A DNA stretch of 32,000 nucleotides from Delftia acidovorans NBRC 14950 (GCF_001598795.1 NZ_BCZP01000021.1:63664-95663), one strand, 5' to 3'. Numbered from the stretch's first letter, positions 7,477-16,940 are shown. Notes: generated from the sequence alone by a model not told the origin. Numbers and translations are program-made.

Positions 7477-10473
7477 ATGAGCAACAACGAGACAGCAGCG
7501 CTTCCCCTGCAGGCTTTGTACGAACTGCACACGGCCGCTCCGGCCGGGCGCGAGGGCATGCCGGCCTTTGCCGCCGAACTGGCAAAGCGCCTGGCCCAGG
7601 GGCGTGATGCCGAGGTGGCGGACTTCCTGCGCGACAGCAGCAGCCTGTGCCAGGAACGGCTGCACCAGCTGCCCGGCGAGCATGCGCCCTGGCAGCGCGA
7701 CCACGCGCTGTGGCTGGCGCTGGCGCGCATCAGCCTTCCGCTGGGACAGTTCTATGGGGGCAACTCGGGCGTGCCCCGGCGCAGTGCCGAGCTGACCGCG
7801 GAGCTGACGGCACTGGCCCGCGCCTGGCTGGATGACTGGGGCACCCGCACCCACCAGCCCTGGAGATTGCGCGATGGCTACGACCTCGTGCTCAGGCAGG
7901 TGTTTGGCGTGCTGGGCCATGAAGGCATGTCCAGTGCCGAGGTCACCGGCCTGCTGCGCTGGGCGCGGGAACTGAGCGCAAAGGCCGGCATTGCGCCCGG
8001 CGCGCAGTACTACTGCCACTGGCAGCACCTGCTGCACCAGCTGCCCGAGCCCGAACTGCTGGCCATGGCCATCGAGGACGGCGGCGGCCAGCTCAGCCGC
8101 GACATCGTCCAACGCCAGCTGCCGCTGCAGCGCACGCGGCCTGCAGGGCAGCGCTGGGCGCTGTGGCGGGATTTTTTTGCGCAATTCCCCGCCGTGCTTG
8201 ACCAGCTGCGCCTGCCCGAGCCCGTGCTGATTGCATCGCGCTGGGAGGCGGCCGATGCCGCGCGCCGCGACCTGCTGGCCCAGGACCTGTTCAAGGCCTT
8301 GTGCTTTGCCTCGGACGATGACTGGCCGCATGACCGTGCCCTGGTGGAGCGCATGCTGCAGACCGATGCCGCACCGCTGGTCGCCTGGTTCAAGCAACTG
8401 GGCCACCTGGCGATCAATCCCGTCGTGGCGCAGCGGCTGTGGGACGCCCGGTGGCCGGCCCTGCTGCCGCTGCTATTGCCGGCCTGCGCAGACGGCTGCA
8501 AGCACGAATCCGACCGCGCCGGCTACGCCCCGGTGGCCGAGACCCTGCTGGCCGATCGCCCTGGCGACCTGGCCCGGCTGGCCGCCGGCCCGCTCACGCA
8601 CCTGCTGCCCGCGCTGCGCGTGGACACGCTTCAGCGGCTGCTGCCGCAACTGGGCAAGGCCGCCTCCAGCAGTGCCTCCAAGGGCTTGCGTGCGGCGCTG
8701 GCACAGGCCCTGTCTGCCTTGCCCGTGGATGCGCCCCAGGCCGCCGGCTGGCTGGCCAAGCCCAACAAGAACCTGGTGCTGGCCTACCGCGATGTGCTGG
8801 TGGCCCATTCTGATCCGGCGTCTGGCAGCCTGCTGTCGGCACTGCTGTCCGGTGGATTGCTGGAGGTGGCCGAGCAAGGCCCGGTGCAGGCGCGCCTGAA
8901 GGATCTGGGTGCCGCAGCCCCGGTTGCGGACGCAGCCAGGCCACCTGCCGGCGAGGTCGCTCCGGCAGGCAGCGATGGTGCCGGCTCCCTGGCAGATCTT
9001 GAAGCCCAGGCCGCCAGCCTGCAGCGCCTGTCGCCCGCCATTGCCGCGCTGGACCAGCCGGCGCTGCTGGACCTGCTCGCGCCCCTGTCGGCCCAGGCCG
9101 CGCGTGCGCTGCTGCACCTGGCGGCCACCAGCCCGCAGGAGCTGCCGGCGCTGGCCCACCACCTGCTGGCCCAGGCCAGCGCCGAGAATCGCGCGCGGCT
9201 GGCCCAGGCCCTGGTCCAGCACTGGGTGGCTGCCGATGGCGCGCCCGAATCGCGCTGGGTGCTCAAGCTGCTGCCCGGCGCGGCGGACGACCGCATCGTC
9301 GATGTGCTGTCCTCGGCCGCCCTGGCTTGGCACAAGACGCGCAAGGAGCGCGCCGTGGTCGCGCTGCAGCAGCTGGGCCGGCTCGACACGGTCTATGCCC
9401 TGTCCTGCGTGCAGGCCCTGGCCACCGGCAAGACGCTCAAGCCCAGCGTGCTGGCTGCCGCGCAGGCCGTGCTGGCCGAGGCCGCCACGCGGCGCGGCAT
9501 GGTGCTGGCCGACCTCAGTGATGAGCTGACCCCGGACTTCGACCTGGGCCGGGGCGTGCAATTGCAAGTGGGCGCGCAGACCTATGACGTGCTGCTGCAG
9601 GGTGACCTGTCGCTGCGCCTGCGCACGCCGGCCGGCAAGCTGGTGCGCAGCCTGCCGGCCCTGGCCGACGAGGGCCTGCGCACGGAGTGGGATGCGGCCG
9701 CCGCGCGGCTCAAGACGCTGTCCAAAGGCATCAAGGCCGTGCTGCAGCAGCAGGCGCCACGCCTGCAGTCCTGCCTGATGCTGGGTCGGCACTGGCCGCT
9801 GGACACCTGGCGCCGCCTCTTCCTGGAGCACCCGCTGCTGCGCGTGGTGGCACAGGGCCTGGTCTGGCGGGTGGAGCCCGCGGCCGGCCAGCCGTTCAGC
9901 CTGCGCATTGCCGAAGACTTGTCCCTGGTCGATGCCGAGAGCGACGCGGTGCAACTGCCGGGCGAGGGCCGCATCGCCCTGTGGCACCCCGCGCAGGCCA
10001 CCGAACAGGAGCGTGCGCAGTGGCGCGAATGCCTGGCCGACTACGGCCTCAAGGCCCTGATCGAGCAGGTCGATGCGCCCGCCGACCTGCCACTGGCCAG
10101 CCAGTGGCAGCATGAGCTGCTGCAGCCCCAGGCACCGATACGGCTCACGCAGCAGGCGCTGGACGGCCTGGCAGGCCCATGGCGCTTTCATGCCGGCCCT
10201 GTGTGCGATGGCCCCGGCATCTACCTGCACCTGCGGGACTTTGCCGTGCAGCGCTGGCGCGTGGAACTGCTGCACAGCGCGGCCATGCCGTACTACGAGC
10301 CCGGCCATGAAATCGACATCGAAGGCTTTGCCCTGCGCGACATGGCCGCCGACCGCCTGCTGCCCCCGGCCGAATGGCCGCTGCCGCTGCAGGCATCGCT
10401 GTGCGGCATGCTCCAGGCCCTGGCCTCGCGCGCTGCGGGCGCGGCAGCCGCAGCGGCTGCAGCCCAGGTTTGA
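7477..10473 (+). CDS. DUF4132 domain protein, paralog 2 (most divergent), 998 aa
   Basis: It shares the architecture of paralog 1: N-terminal APWQRDHALWLALAR, central KGLRAAL...KPNKNLVLAYRDVLVAHSDP, and C-terminal LTPDFDLG...LQGDLSLRL...RLFLEHPLLRVVAQGLVWR...IAEDLSLVDA...LWHP...LADYGLKALIEQV. It ends in a poly-Ala tail (AAGAAAAAAAAQV). ATG at 7477 lies 70 nt after the paralog 1 stop. Confidence 0.85.
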   Translation: MSNNETAALPLQALYELHTAAPAGREGMPAFAAELAKRLAQGRDAEVADFLRDSSSLCQERLHQLPGEHAPWQRDHALWLALARISLPLGQFYGGNSGVPRRSAELTAELTALARAWLDDWGTRTHQPWRLRDGYDLVLRQVFGVLGHEGMSSAEVTGLLRWARELSAKAGIAPGAQYYCHWQHLLHQLPEPELLAMAIEDGGGQLSRDIVQRQLPLQRTRPAGQRWALWRDFFAQFPAVLDQLRLPEPVLIASRWEAADAARRDLLAQDLFKALCFASDDDWPHDRALVERMLQTDAAPLVAWFKQLGHLAINPVVAQRLWDARWPALLPLLLPACADGCKHESDRAGYAPVAETLLADRPGDLARLAAGPLTHLLPALRVDTLQRLLPQLGKAASSSASKGLRAALAQALSALPVDAPQAAGWLAKPNKNLVLAYRDVLVAHSDPASGSLLSALLSGGLLEVAEQGPVQARLKDLGAAAPVADAARPPAGEVAPAGSDGAGSLADLEAQAASLQRLSPAIAALDQPALLDLLAPLSAQAARALLHLAATSPQELPALAHHLLAQASAENRARLAQALVQHWVAADGAPESRWVLKLLPGAADDRIVDVLSSAALAWHKTRKERAVVALQQLGRLDTVYALSCVQALATGKTLKPSVLAAAQAVLAEAATRRGMVLADLSDELTPDFDLGRGVQLQVGAQTYDVLLQGDLSLRLRTPAGKLVRSLPALADEGLRTEWDAAAARLKTLSKGIKAVLQQQAPRLQSCLMLGRHWPLDTWRRLFLEHPLLRVVAQGLVWRVEPAAGQPFSLRIAEDLSLVDAESDAVQLPGEGRIALWHPAQATEQERAQWRECLADYGLKALIEQVDAPADLPLASQWQHELLQPQAPIRLTQQALDGLAGPWRFHAGPVCDGPGIYLHLRDFAVQRWRVELLHSAAMPYYEPGHEIDIEGFALRDMAADRLLPPAEWPLPLQASLCGMLQALASRAAGAAAAAAAAQV

Positions 10474-10496
10474 CTCCCTCCAGAACCCCTGAATCC

Positions 10497-13424
10497 ATGA
10501 CCTCTTCGACCCTAGAACACACCGACCAGGCCACGCTGGAGGAACTGAGCGCCTCGCTGCCACCCGCCGAACTGGTCCAGGTGCTGGCCAGCCGCATGCG
10601 CGCGGGCCGGCATGACGAAGTGGGCGCCTTCACGCGCAAGGCCTTCGACGACTATTCCAACCCCATCCGCGCCCTGGGCAACTTCGATCTGCCCTGGACC
10701 CATGACCATGACCTGTGGCTGGCCTTCGCGCGGCAGACCATCCCCTTCGGGCGCAGGATCGACGGCAGCCTGGACGGCGACATTCCACGCCACAGCCCCG
10801 AGCTTGCGGCCGAGTTCGAGCAGATGGCGCGCGCCAGCCTGGCCCGTCCACCTGCGCCGGACGGCGACAACGACTACCGTGAAATCCGCATCCTGGACAT
10901 GTTCGGCTGGCTCTGGTACCCGGGCATCAGCCGCGAACGGGTGATGCAGCAGCTGGACTGGGCCGCAGAGCTGAACGTCCAGTCCGGCGCCAGGTATGAC
11001 AGAACCGACTGGAAGCTGCTGCTGGGCAGCCTGGAAGACCAGGACCTGATGGAGCTGGCCGAGCGCGGCGGCGCGCTCTATGCCGACATCCGCGATGTCT
11101 ACATGACGCGGCACAGCGACGTTCCGCACCCGCAGCGCTGCGCGCCCTGGTACGACTTCTACCGCCGCCATCCCGACTGGTTCGACGACAAGCCCATCAA
11201 CGAAGACCCGGGCCTGATCGCGCTGCGCTGGGACCTGGGCGCCGACGCCCAGCGGCGCCTGGAACTGGTCAACCTGCTGCTGGGCAGGGCGGACCGCGAG
11301 CCGGCTGATTACTTCATCTCCATTTTCGACCGCCTGGTGCGGGAGGATGCCGCGCCCTTCGTCGCCTGGATCGAAGGATGGCAGCCCAAGTACCACTTCG
11401 ATGCGGTGGTCGCCCGGCAGATCTGGACGGCACGCTACCCGGAGCTTTTGCCCCATCTGCTGCGCTGCATATTGCAGAAATCGCGCATTGAGCCCTTCAT
11501 CGGCCTGCTCAACCAGATGCTGACCGAGCAGCCCGACTATCTGCGCGAGATTCCCACCGTGCGCCTGGCCCCGCTGCTGGCGCAGCTGGACCCGGCCATG
11601 CTGCATGCCCGGCTGCCCCTGCTGGGCGAACTGCTGGCGGCCAGCAGCTCGCGGGCGCTGCGCGAAGCGGTGGCGCGCTTCATGCAAGGGCTGGATGCGC
11701 AGGCCGTAGGCGCTGTCTTCGAGTCCAACGCCTGGCTGCAGCGGCGCGAGAAAGCGATGCAGCTGGCCTGCCGCGACATCCTGCTGGCCCACCCCGATCC
11801 CGGGGTCGCACCGCTGCTGCAGGCGCTGCTGCGCACGGGCCTGGACCTGGGCTCCGAAAGCATGGTCGAGGGCCGGCTGCTGGCCCTGGGTGTCTCAGTG
11901 CCAGGCGCTCTGACCGTGGCGCAGGGGGAGGGGGGCCGGGTCCCGCTCGATGCGCTGGAGGCCCGCGTGGCGCGCTTCAAGCGCTTTTCCAGCAGCATCA
12001 AGGCCTATGACCAGCCAGAGACCCTGGCCCTGTTCGCGCCGCTGTCCGGGCATGCGGCACGCACCGTGCTGCACCTGGTGGCCACGGCCGAGGAAGAACT
12101 GCCGCCGCTGGTGGAGCAGTTGCTGGCCCATGTGCCGGCCGAAAGCCGCGCCCAGCTGTCCCTGCACCTGGTCAATGCCTGGGTGGCCCTGGAGGGCGAG
12201 CCCAAGGCGCGCTGGGCGCTGCGCCTGGCCACCGGCCATATCGACGACCGCCTGGTGCAGACCCTGGTGGCCGCCGTGAAGGCCTGGGGCTGGAGCAAGA
12301 AGCTGCGCGCCATCATCGCCGTGGAGCAGCTCGGTGCGCTGGACACGCTGTACGCGCTGTCCCAGGTCCAGACCCTGTCCAGCTCGCGCAAGCTCAAGGA
12401 TCTGGTGATTGAAGCCACGCATGACGCGCTCAAGGCGGCCGCCCAGCGCCGCGGCCTGAGCCTGATCGAGCTGTATGACGAGCTGACGCCCGATTTCGGC
12501 CTGGGCGGCGAAGGCCTGGTGCTGGAGGTGGGCCCGCAGCGCTACCGCCTGCAGCTGCAGGGCGACCTGAGCCTGCGCGTGGTCGGCGACAAGGGCAAGG
12601 CCTCCAAGACCCTGCCTGCGCTCAAGGACGAATCGCTGCGCCTGCAGTGGAATGCGGCCCAGGCCGAATTCAAGACCGTTGCCGCAGGCGTCAAGGCCAT
12701 CGCCAAGCAGCAGGTGCCGCGCCTGGGTACCGCCTTCATGACGGGACAGCGCTGGTCCGTCCCGCGCTGGCGCAGATTGTTCCTGCTGCATCCCCTGCTG
12801 CGCATCGTGGGCCGCAGCCTGATTTGGCGGCTGGAGCAGGGCGCCAGCTTTCGCATTGCCGAGGACTTTTCCCTGCTCGACGCCACCGACGATGCCGTGG
12901 AGCTGCCCGACGACGCACAGGTGCTGCTCTGGCATCCGGTCGATGCCGCAGCGGGCGAGGTTGAAGCCTGGCGCACCTGCCTGGCCGACTACGAGCTGCA
13001 GCCGCTGATCGACCAGCTGAACGCAGGCGCACAACTGCCCGAAGCCGGGCAGTGGAAGAACCATGCCCTGCACCCCGCCGGCCCGCTGCAGATACGCCAG
13101 GGCGCGCTGTCCGGCCTGCTGGCCAAGTGGAACTACCGCCCCGGCCCCGTGGGGGACGGCCCCGGCATCTACGAGCACAAGCTGGACCTGGCAGGCCCGC
13201 AGCTGTACATCGAACTCCACCACGGGCGCTACCTGCCGTTCATGGACCTGGACAACCGCGTGGACATCACCCATGCCGTGGTCTATGACAGCAGCCACCG
13301 CGGCGACGATGGCCGCTGGCCCCGGCTGCAGCCGCAGCAGTGGCCGCGCGCACTGCAGGCCACGCTGATGGCGCAGTTCGCGGCCATCGCCGCCAAATCG
13401 GCCAGCACCAAAGAGAGCGACTGA
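10497..13424 (+). CDS. DUF4132 domain protein, paralog 3, 975 aa
   Basis: Architecture as above: LPWTHDHDLWLAFAR; ACRDILLAHPDPGVAPLLQALL; LTPDFGLGGEGLVLEVGPQRYRLQLQGDLSLRVV...RLFLLHPLLRIVGRSLIWR...FRIAEDFSLLD...LWHP...LADYELQPLIDQL...YRPGPVGDGPGIYEH. ATG at 10497 lies 23 nt after the paralog 2 stop. Its stop codon overlaps the next start (TGATG). Confidence 0.85.
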   Translation: MTSSTLEHTDQATLEELSASLPPAELVQVLASRMRAGRHDEVGAFTRKAFDDYSNPIRALGNFDLPWTHDHDLWLAFARQTIPFGRRIDGSLDGDIPRHSPELAAEFEQMARASLARPPAPDGDNDYREIRILDMFGWLWYPGISRERVMQQLDWAAELNVQSGARYDRTDWKLLLGSLEDQDLMELAERGGALYADIRDVYMTRHSDVPHPQRCAPWYDFYRRHPDWFDDKPINEDPGLIALRWDLGADAQRRLELVNLLLGRADREPADYFISIFDRLVREDAAPFVAWIEGWQPKYHFDAVVARQIWTARYPELLPHLLRCILQKSRIEPFIGLLNQMLTEQPDYLREIPTVRLAPLLAQLDPAMLHARLPLLGELLAASSSRALREAVARFMQGLDAQAVGAVFESNAWLQRREKAMQLACRDILLAHPDPGVAPLLQALLRTGLDLGSESMVEGRLLALGVSVPGALTVAQGEGGRVPLDALEARVARFKRFSSSIKAYDQPETLALFAPLSGHAARTVLHLVATAEEELPPLVEQLLAHVPAESRAQLSLHLVNAWVALEGEPKARWALRLATGHIDDRLVQTLVAAVKAWGWSKKLRAIIAVEQLGALDTLYALSQVQTLSSSRKLKDLVIEATHDALKAAAQRRGLSLIELYDELTPDFGLGGEGLVLEVGPQRYRLQLQGDLSLRVVGDKGKASKTLPALKDESLRLQWNAAQAEFKTVAAGVKAIAKQQVPRLGTAFMTGQRWSVPRWRRLFLLHPLLRIVGRSLIWRLEQGASFRIAEDFSLLDATDDAVELPDDAQVLLWHPVDAAAGEVEAWRTCLADYELQPLIDQLNAGAQLPEAGQWKNHALHPAGPLQIRQGALSGLLAKWNYRPGPVGDGPGIYEHKLDLAGPQLYIELHHGRYLPFMDLDNRVDITHAVVYDSSHRGDDGRWPRLQPQQWPRALQATLMAQFAAIAAKSASTKESD

Positions 13425-14548
13425 TGGCCACCAAACGCATTGCAGCGGCCACCCCGGAACCTGCCGCCCAGCGGCTGCCGGCCGAGATGGCCCACGCCCA
13501 GGAACTCGCGGCCCTGCAGGCCGCCGACCAGGGCCCGCGCCCCGACGGCTGGCGCCTGAGCCCGCGCTCCGTGCGGCGCTTCATCCTGGGCGGTGCGGAG
13601 CCTGACGGCGGCGGGCCTGCCATCGCGCGCAAGATCCACGGCAACGATGCCCTGGTCGAGCGCGCCATCGTCACCCTGGCCGGCCAGCGCGGCCTGATGC
13701 TGGTGGGCGAGCCGGGCACGGCCAAGTCCCTGTTGTCCGAGCTGCTGGCCGCCGCCATCAGCGGCGACAGCAAGCTCACCGTGCAGGGCGGTGCCGGCGT
13801 GGTGGAAGAGCAGATCCGCTACGGCTGGAACTACGCCCTGCTGCTGCGTGACGGCCCTGGCCCCGAAGCCCTGGTGCCCGGCCCGCTGCACCGCGCCATG
13901 GGGGAAGGGCGGCTGCTGCGTTTCGAGGAAATCACGCGCTGCTCCACCGAAGTGCAGGACTGCATGGTGCCCGTGCTCTCCGAGCGGCTGCTGCAGATTC
14001 CCGAACTCAAGCACGAGCAGCCCTGGCTGCTGGCACGGCCGGGCTTCAATGTGATTGCCACGGCCAACCTGCGCGATCGCGGCGTCAACGAGATGTCGGC
14101 CGCGCTCAAGCGCCGCTTCAACTTCGAGACCATGCGCCCGCTCGAAGGCGTGGCCGCGCAGGCCGCATTGATAGGGCAGGAGGTGGGCCGCGCACTGGCG
14201 CAGCAGCGCATCGGCACCACCGTCGCGCCCGATGTGCTGGCCCTGCTGGCCACGGCCTTCCAGGAGCTGCGCAGCGGCAGCGTTGAGGGCACGGCCGTGG
14301 AGCGGCCGGGCACCGTGCTGTCCACGGCCGAGGCCATCGACGTGGCCTTCAACGCCGCCTGCCAGTGCTGGTACTTCGGGCAGGAGCAGGTGGGTCCGGC
14401 CCACCTGGCGCGCCACCTGCTGGGCACGGTGATCAAGGACGACGACGAGGACCGGCGCCGTTTCGCCGAATACCTGCGCGTGGTGGCACGCCAGCGCGCA
14501 GGGCAGCCGCAGTGGCAGGACTTTGTCGCAGGCGGCCGTGAGCACTGA
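13424..14548 (+). CDS. MoxR/AAA_5-type AAA+ ATPase (YehL-like), 374 aa
   Basis: Walker A is GEPGTAKS (13706-13729). The Walker B-like segment LLRFEEITR (FEE at 13922-13930) aligns with the hhhhDEINR motif of MoxR ATPases. The sensor/Arg-finger region is NVIATANLRDRGVNEMSAALKRRF. The ATG overlaps the upstream stop by 1 nt. Confidence 0.88.
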   Translation: MATKRIAAATPEPAAQRLPAEMAHAQELAALQAADQGPRPDGWRLSPRSVRRFILGGAEPDGGGPAIARKIHGNDALVERAIVTLAGQRGLMLVGEPGTAKSLLSELLAAAISGDSKLTVQGGAGVVEEQIRYGWNYALLLRDGPGPEALVPGPLHRAMGEGRLLRFEEITRCSTEVQDCMVPVLSERLLQIPELKHEQPWLLARPGFNVIATANLRDRGVNEMSAALKRRFNFETMRPLEGVAAQAALIGQEVGRALAQQRIGTTVAPDVLALLATAFQELRSGSVEGTAVERPGTVLSTAEAIDVAFNAACQCWYFGQEQVGPAHLARHLLGTVIKDDDEDRRRFAEYLRVVARQRAGQPQWQDFVAGGREH

Positions 14549-16940
14549 CGCTGCCGCGTGGCTGGCGCCGCTGCCGCAGCTGCGCCTGGTGCCCGTGCGC
14601 CACCACAGCCCGCGCTGCGCCCACCACCTGCGCGCGCTGATGCGCGAGTTCAAGCCCACCCACGTGCTGATCGAAGGCCCGGGCGAGCTCGATGCCCTGC
14701 TGCCCGCGCTGCAGCACGCCCAGGCGCGTCCCCCGCTGGCCGCCTACCTGCATGCGGCCATGGCCGGGCCCGGCGCGGCCGAGCAAGACTGGCGCTGCCG
14801 TTGCTACGTGCCCTTTGCCGCCTTCTCGCCCGAATGGGTGGCCCTGCGCGAGGCGGCGCGGCTGCGCAGCGCCGTGCGCTTCATCGACCTGCCCTATGCC
14901 GACAGGCTGGCGCAGGCCGCGCAGCTGGACTACTTCGCCTGCGCGCCCGAACCCCTGCTGGCCGACGAGCCCGCACGGCGCGCGCCCGACGTGCTGGCCG
15001 GCCTCATCCAGGCCAGCGGCTGCCGCGATTTCGACGAATGGTGGGACCGGCATTACGAATCTGGCAACGAGGACGCCTCGCCCCAGGCGTACTTTGCCGG
15101 CGTGCTGGCCTTCAGCCAGCTGCTGCGCGAGCGCGAGCAGGGCGCGGGCGGCAGCGGCATGGATGCCGAGGACGTGGCGCGCGAGGCCCACATGGCCGCT
15201 CAGGTCAGCGCGGCCCTGGCCGAAGGCGGGCGCTGCCTGGTGGTCTGCGGCGGCTTCCATGTGCCCGGCATCGTTGCCGGCCTCTCGGCCCCCGCCTGGC
15301 CTGCGGACGCCAGGCCCGCCATCGATGTAGGCGTGCACCTCATTGCCTACACGCTGCAGCGGCTGGAGCGCGCCGGCGGCTACGCGGCCGGCATGCCCAT
15401 GCCTGGCTACTACCAGGGCGTATGGCAGGCGCTGGAACAGGGCGCTTCGCAACCCGATGCCCAGGCCTGGCCCGAGATGGCGGCACGCACCGTGAACAGC
15501 CTGCGCGCCCGGGGCATGCCCGCCAGCCTGCCTGAGGCGGCCGAGGCCGTGCGCCTGGCCCATGGTCTGGCCGCCTTGCGCGCCTGCCGCGGCGGCCGGG
15601 CCGAGCTGCTGGAAGCGCTGGACAGCGCCGTGTTCAAGGAGCATGCCCAGGCCCTGCGACCGCAGCCTATGGTGCAGCAGACCGGGCAGCAGACTGCTCA
15701 ATGGCTGCTGGACGCCGACGACTACGGCCAGCTGCCACCCAACGCGCCGGCCGCCCCGCTGCTGGTCGATGTGCAGGCCTTCTGCCTGCGACACCGTCTG
15801 CCCGTGCGGCCCGCCGCCCCCGTGCGCAAGGAGCTGGACATCTACCGCAGCGCCCGCCACCGCCGGCTGTCGCAGGGGCTGCACCGCCTGTGCTACCTGG
15901 GCGTGCCCTATGCGCAGCGCCTGGCCGGGCCGGACTTCGTGGCGGGCACGGGCCTGGCGCGTGTGCGCGAGGTCTGGACGCTGGGCTGGCAGGTCGAGAC
16001 CACGGTGGCCCTGACCGAGGCCATGTGTCACGGCTCCAGCCTGGAGGAAGCCGCGGTGCACCTGGTGCGCGAGCGCCTGGCGCAGACGGCCCACACGGAG
16101 CCCGCGCAGCGCGTGCTGGAGGTGCTGGTCATGGGGCTGGACGGCATCGCCCAACAGGTGCTGGACACCGTGCAGGCCTGGATGGAGCGCAGCCACGACG
16201 CGCTGGCCCTGGCCCGCGCCACGGGCTGCCTGGCCCTGGCCTACGAGGCCCGCCATGCGCTGGGCGGCGTGGGCCTGGCGCGCCTGCTCCCGCTGCTGCG
16301 GCGCTGCTTTGCGCAGGCCTGCCTGCGCCTGCCCTGGCTGGGCGAGGGCGATGCATCCCAGCAGGCACAGGCCCTGGATGCCCTGGCCGATCTGCACGGC
16401 ATGGTCTGCCGCCACGCGCCCTGGGCCGACGCCGGCCTGTTCCACGATGCCTGTGCCGCCCTGCATGAGGCAGGCGCCGACAGCACGCCCGAGCCCGTGC
16501 GCGGCGCCACGGCCGGCATCCTGAGCATGGCCGGCCGCTGGCAGATCGCGCAGACCGATGCCGCCCTGCGCGCCATGCTGGGCCTGGCGCAGGTCGATGC
16601 TGCCGCCATGGGCGAATACCTGCAGGGCTTTGTGCGCGTGGCCAAGGGCTGGCTGCTCAGCCATCCGCCGCTGCTGCGCCTGCTCAGTGACGGCATTGCG
16701 CACTGGCCGGAAGACGCCTTCCTGGCCGGCCTGCCCGCCTTGCGGCTGGCCTTTGCCCAGCTGACCCGTGCCGAACTGCGGCAGCTGGCCGGGCGGCTGG
16801 CGGGTCTGTCGGGCGCGGCCACGTCACCCGGCGCAACCACGCTGGCCTCCGTGCACCTGCCATCGGACGAGGCCCTGGCGCACGGCCGCGCCTTGGCGGC
16901 CCAGGTGGGCCGGCTGCTGCAACCCTGGGGACTGTCATGA
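14538..16940 (+). CDS. Large conserved protein of unknown function, YehM-like (DUF5682-type by recollection)
   Basis: The ~800-aa ORF has strong GC3 bias and an N-terminus LRLVPVRHHSPRCAHHLRALMREFKPTHVLIEGPGE. Its position between the AAA+ and VWA genes matches E. coli yehM. The start is ambiguous (GTG 14538 or TTG 14523), and both overlap the AAA+ gene's end. The stop overlaps the next ATG (ATGA). Confidence 0.7.
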   Translation: MSTDAAAWLAPLPQLRLVPVRHHSPRCAHHLRALMREFKPTHVLIEGPGELDALLPALQHAQARPPLAAYLHAAMAGPGAAEQDWRCRCYVPFAAFSPEWVALREAARLRSAVRFIDLPYADRLAQAAQLDYFACAPEPLLADEPARRAPDVLAGLIQASGCRDFDEWWDRHYESGNEDASPQAYFAGVLAFSQLLREREQGAGGSGMDAEDVAREAHMAAQVSAALAEGGRCLVVCGGFHVPGIVAGLSAPAWPADARPAIDVGVHLIAYTLQRLERAGGYAAGMPMPGYYQGVWQALEQGASQPDAQAWPEMAARTVNSLRARGMPASLPEAAEAVRLAHGLAALRACRGGRAELLEALDSAVFKEHAQALRPQPMVQQTGQQTAQWLLDADDYGQLPPNAPAAPLLVDVQAFCLRHRLPVRPAAPVRKELDIYRSARHRRLSQGLHRLCYLGVPYAQRLAGPDFVAGTGLARVREVWTLGWQVETTVALTEAMCHGSSLEEAAVHLVRERLAQTAHTEPAQRVLEVLVMGLDGIAQQVLDTVQAWMERSHDALALARATGCLALAYEARHALGGVGLARLLPLLRRCFAQACLRLPWLGEGDASQQAQALDALADLHGMVCRHAPWADAGLFHDACAALHEAGADSTPEPVRGATAGILSMAGRWQIAQTDAALRAMLGLAQVDAAAMGEYLQGFVRVAKGWLLSHPPLLRLLSDGIAHWPEDAFLAGLPALRLAFAQLTRAELRQLAGRLAGLSGAATSPGATTLASVHLPSDEALAHGRALAAQVGRLLQPWGLS

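Noticed and set aside
4365-7730. 1121-aa ORF on the minus strand, antisense to DUF4132 paralog 1 and running into paralog 2
   Set aside because: Its translation is low-complexity and rich in Ala, Gly, Arg and Gln, with no recognisable motifs. The plus-strand frame carries family-typical motifs and the G/C-rich third codon positions. Long stop-free antisense frames are expected in DNA this GC-rich.
8473-13298. Minus-strand ORFs 8473-10563, 10512-11792 and 11895-13298, antisense to paralogs 2 and 3
   Set aside because: This is the same shadow-ORF signature. Similar antisense ORFs recur at equivalent positions of all three paralogs (for example 6536-6952, 9582-10001 and 12542-12976). That pattern simply mirrors the paralogy of the sense strand.
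4464-13424. Labelling the DUF4132 proteins as 'molybdate metabolism regulator' (MolR)
   Set aside because: That name is a historical E. coli annotation without mechanistic support as far as I know. No molybdate transport or cofactor genes are nearby. I also see no WGR-type N-terminal domain in these three proteins.
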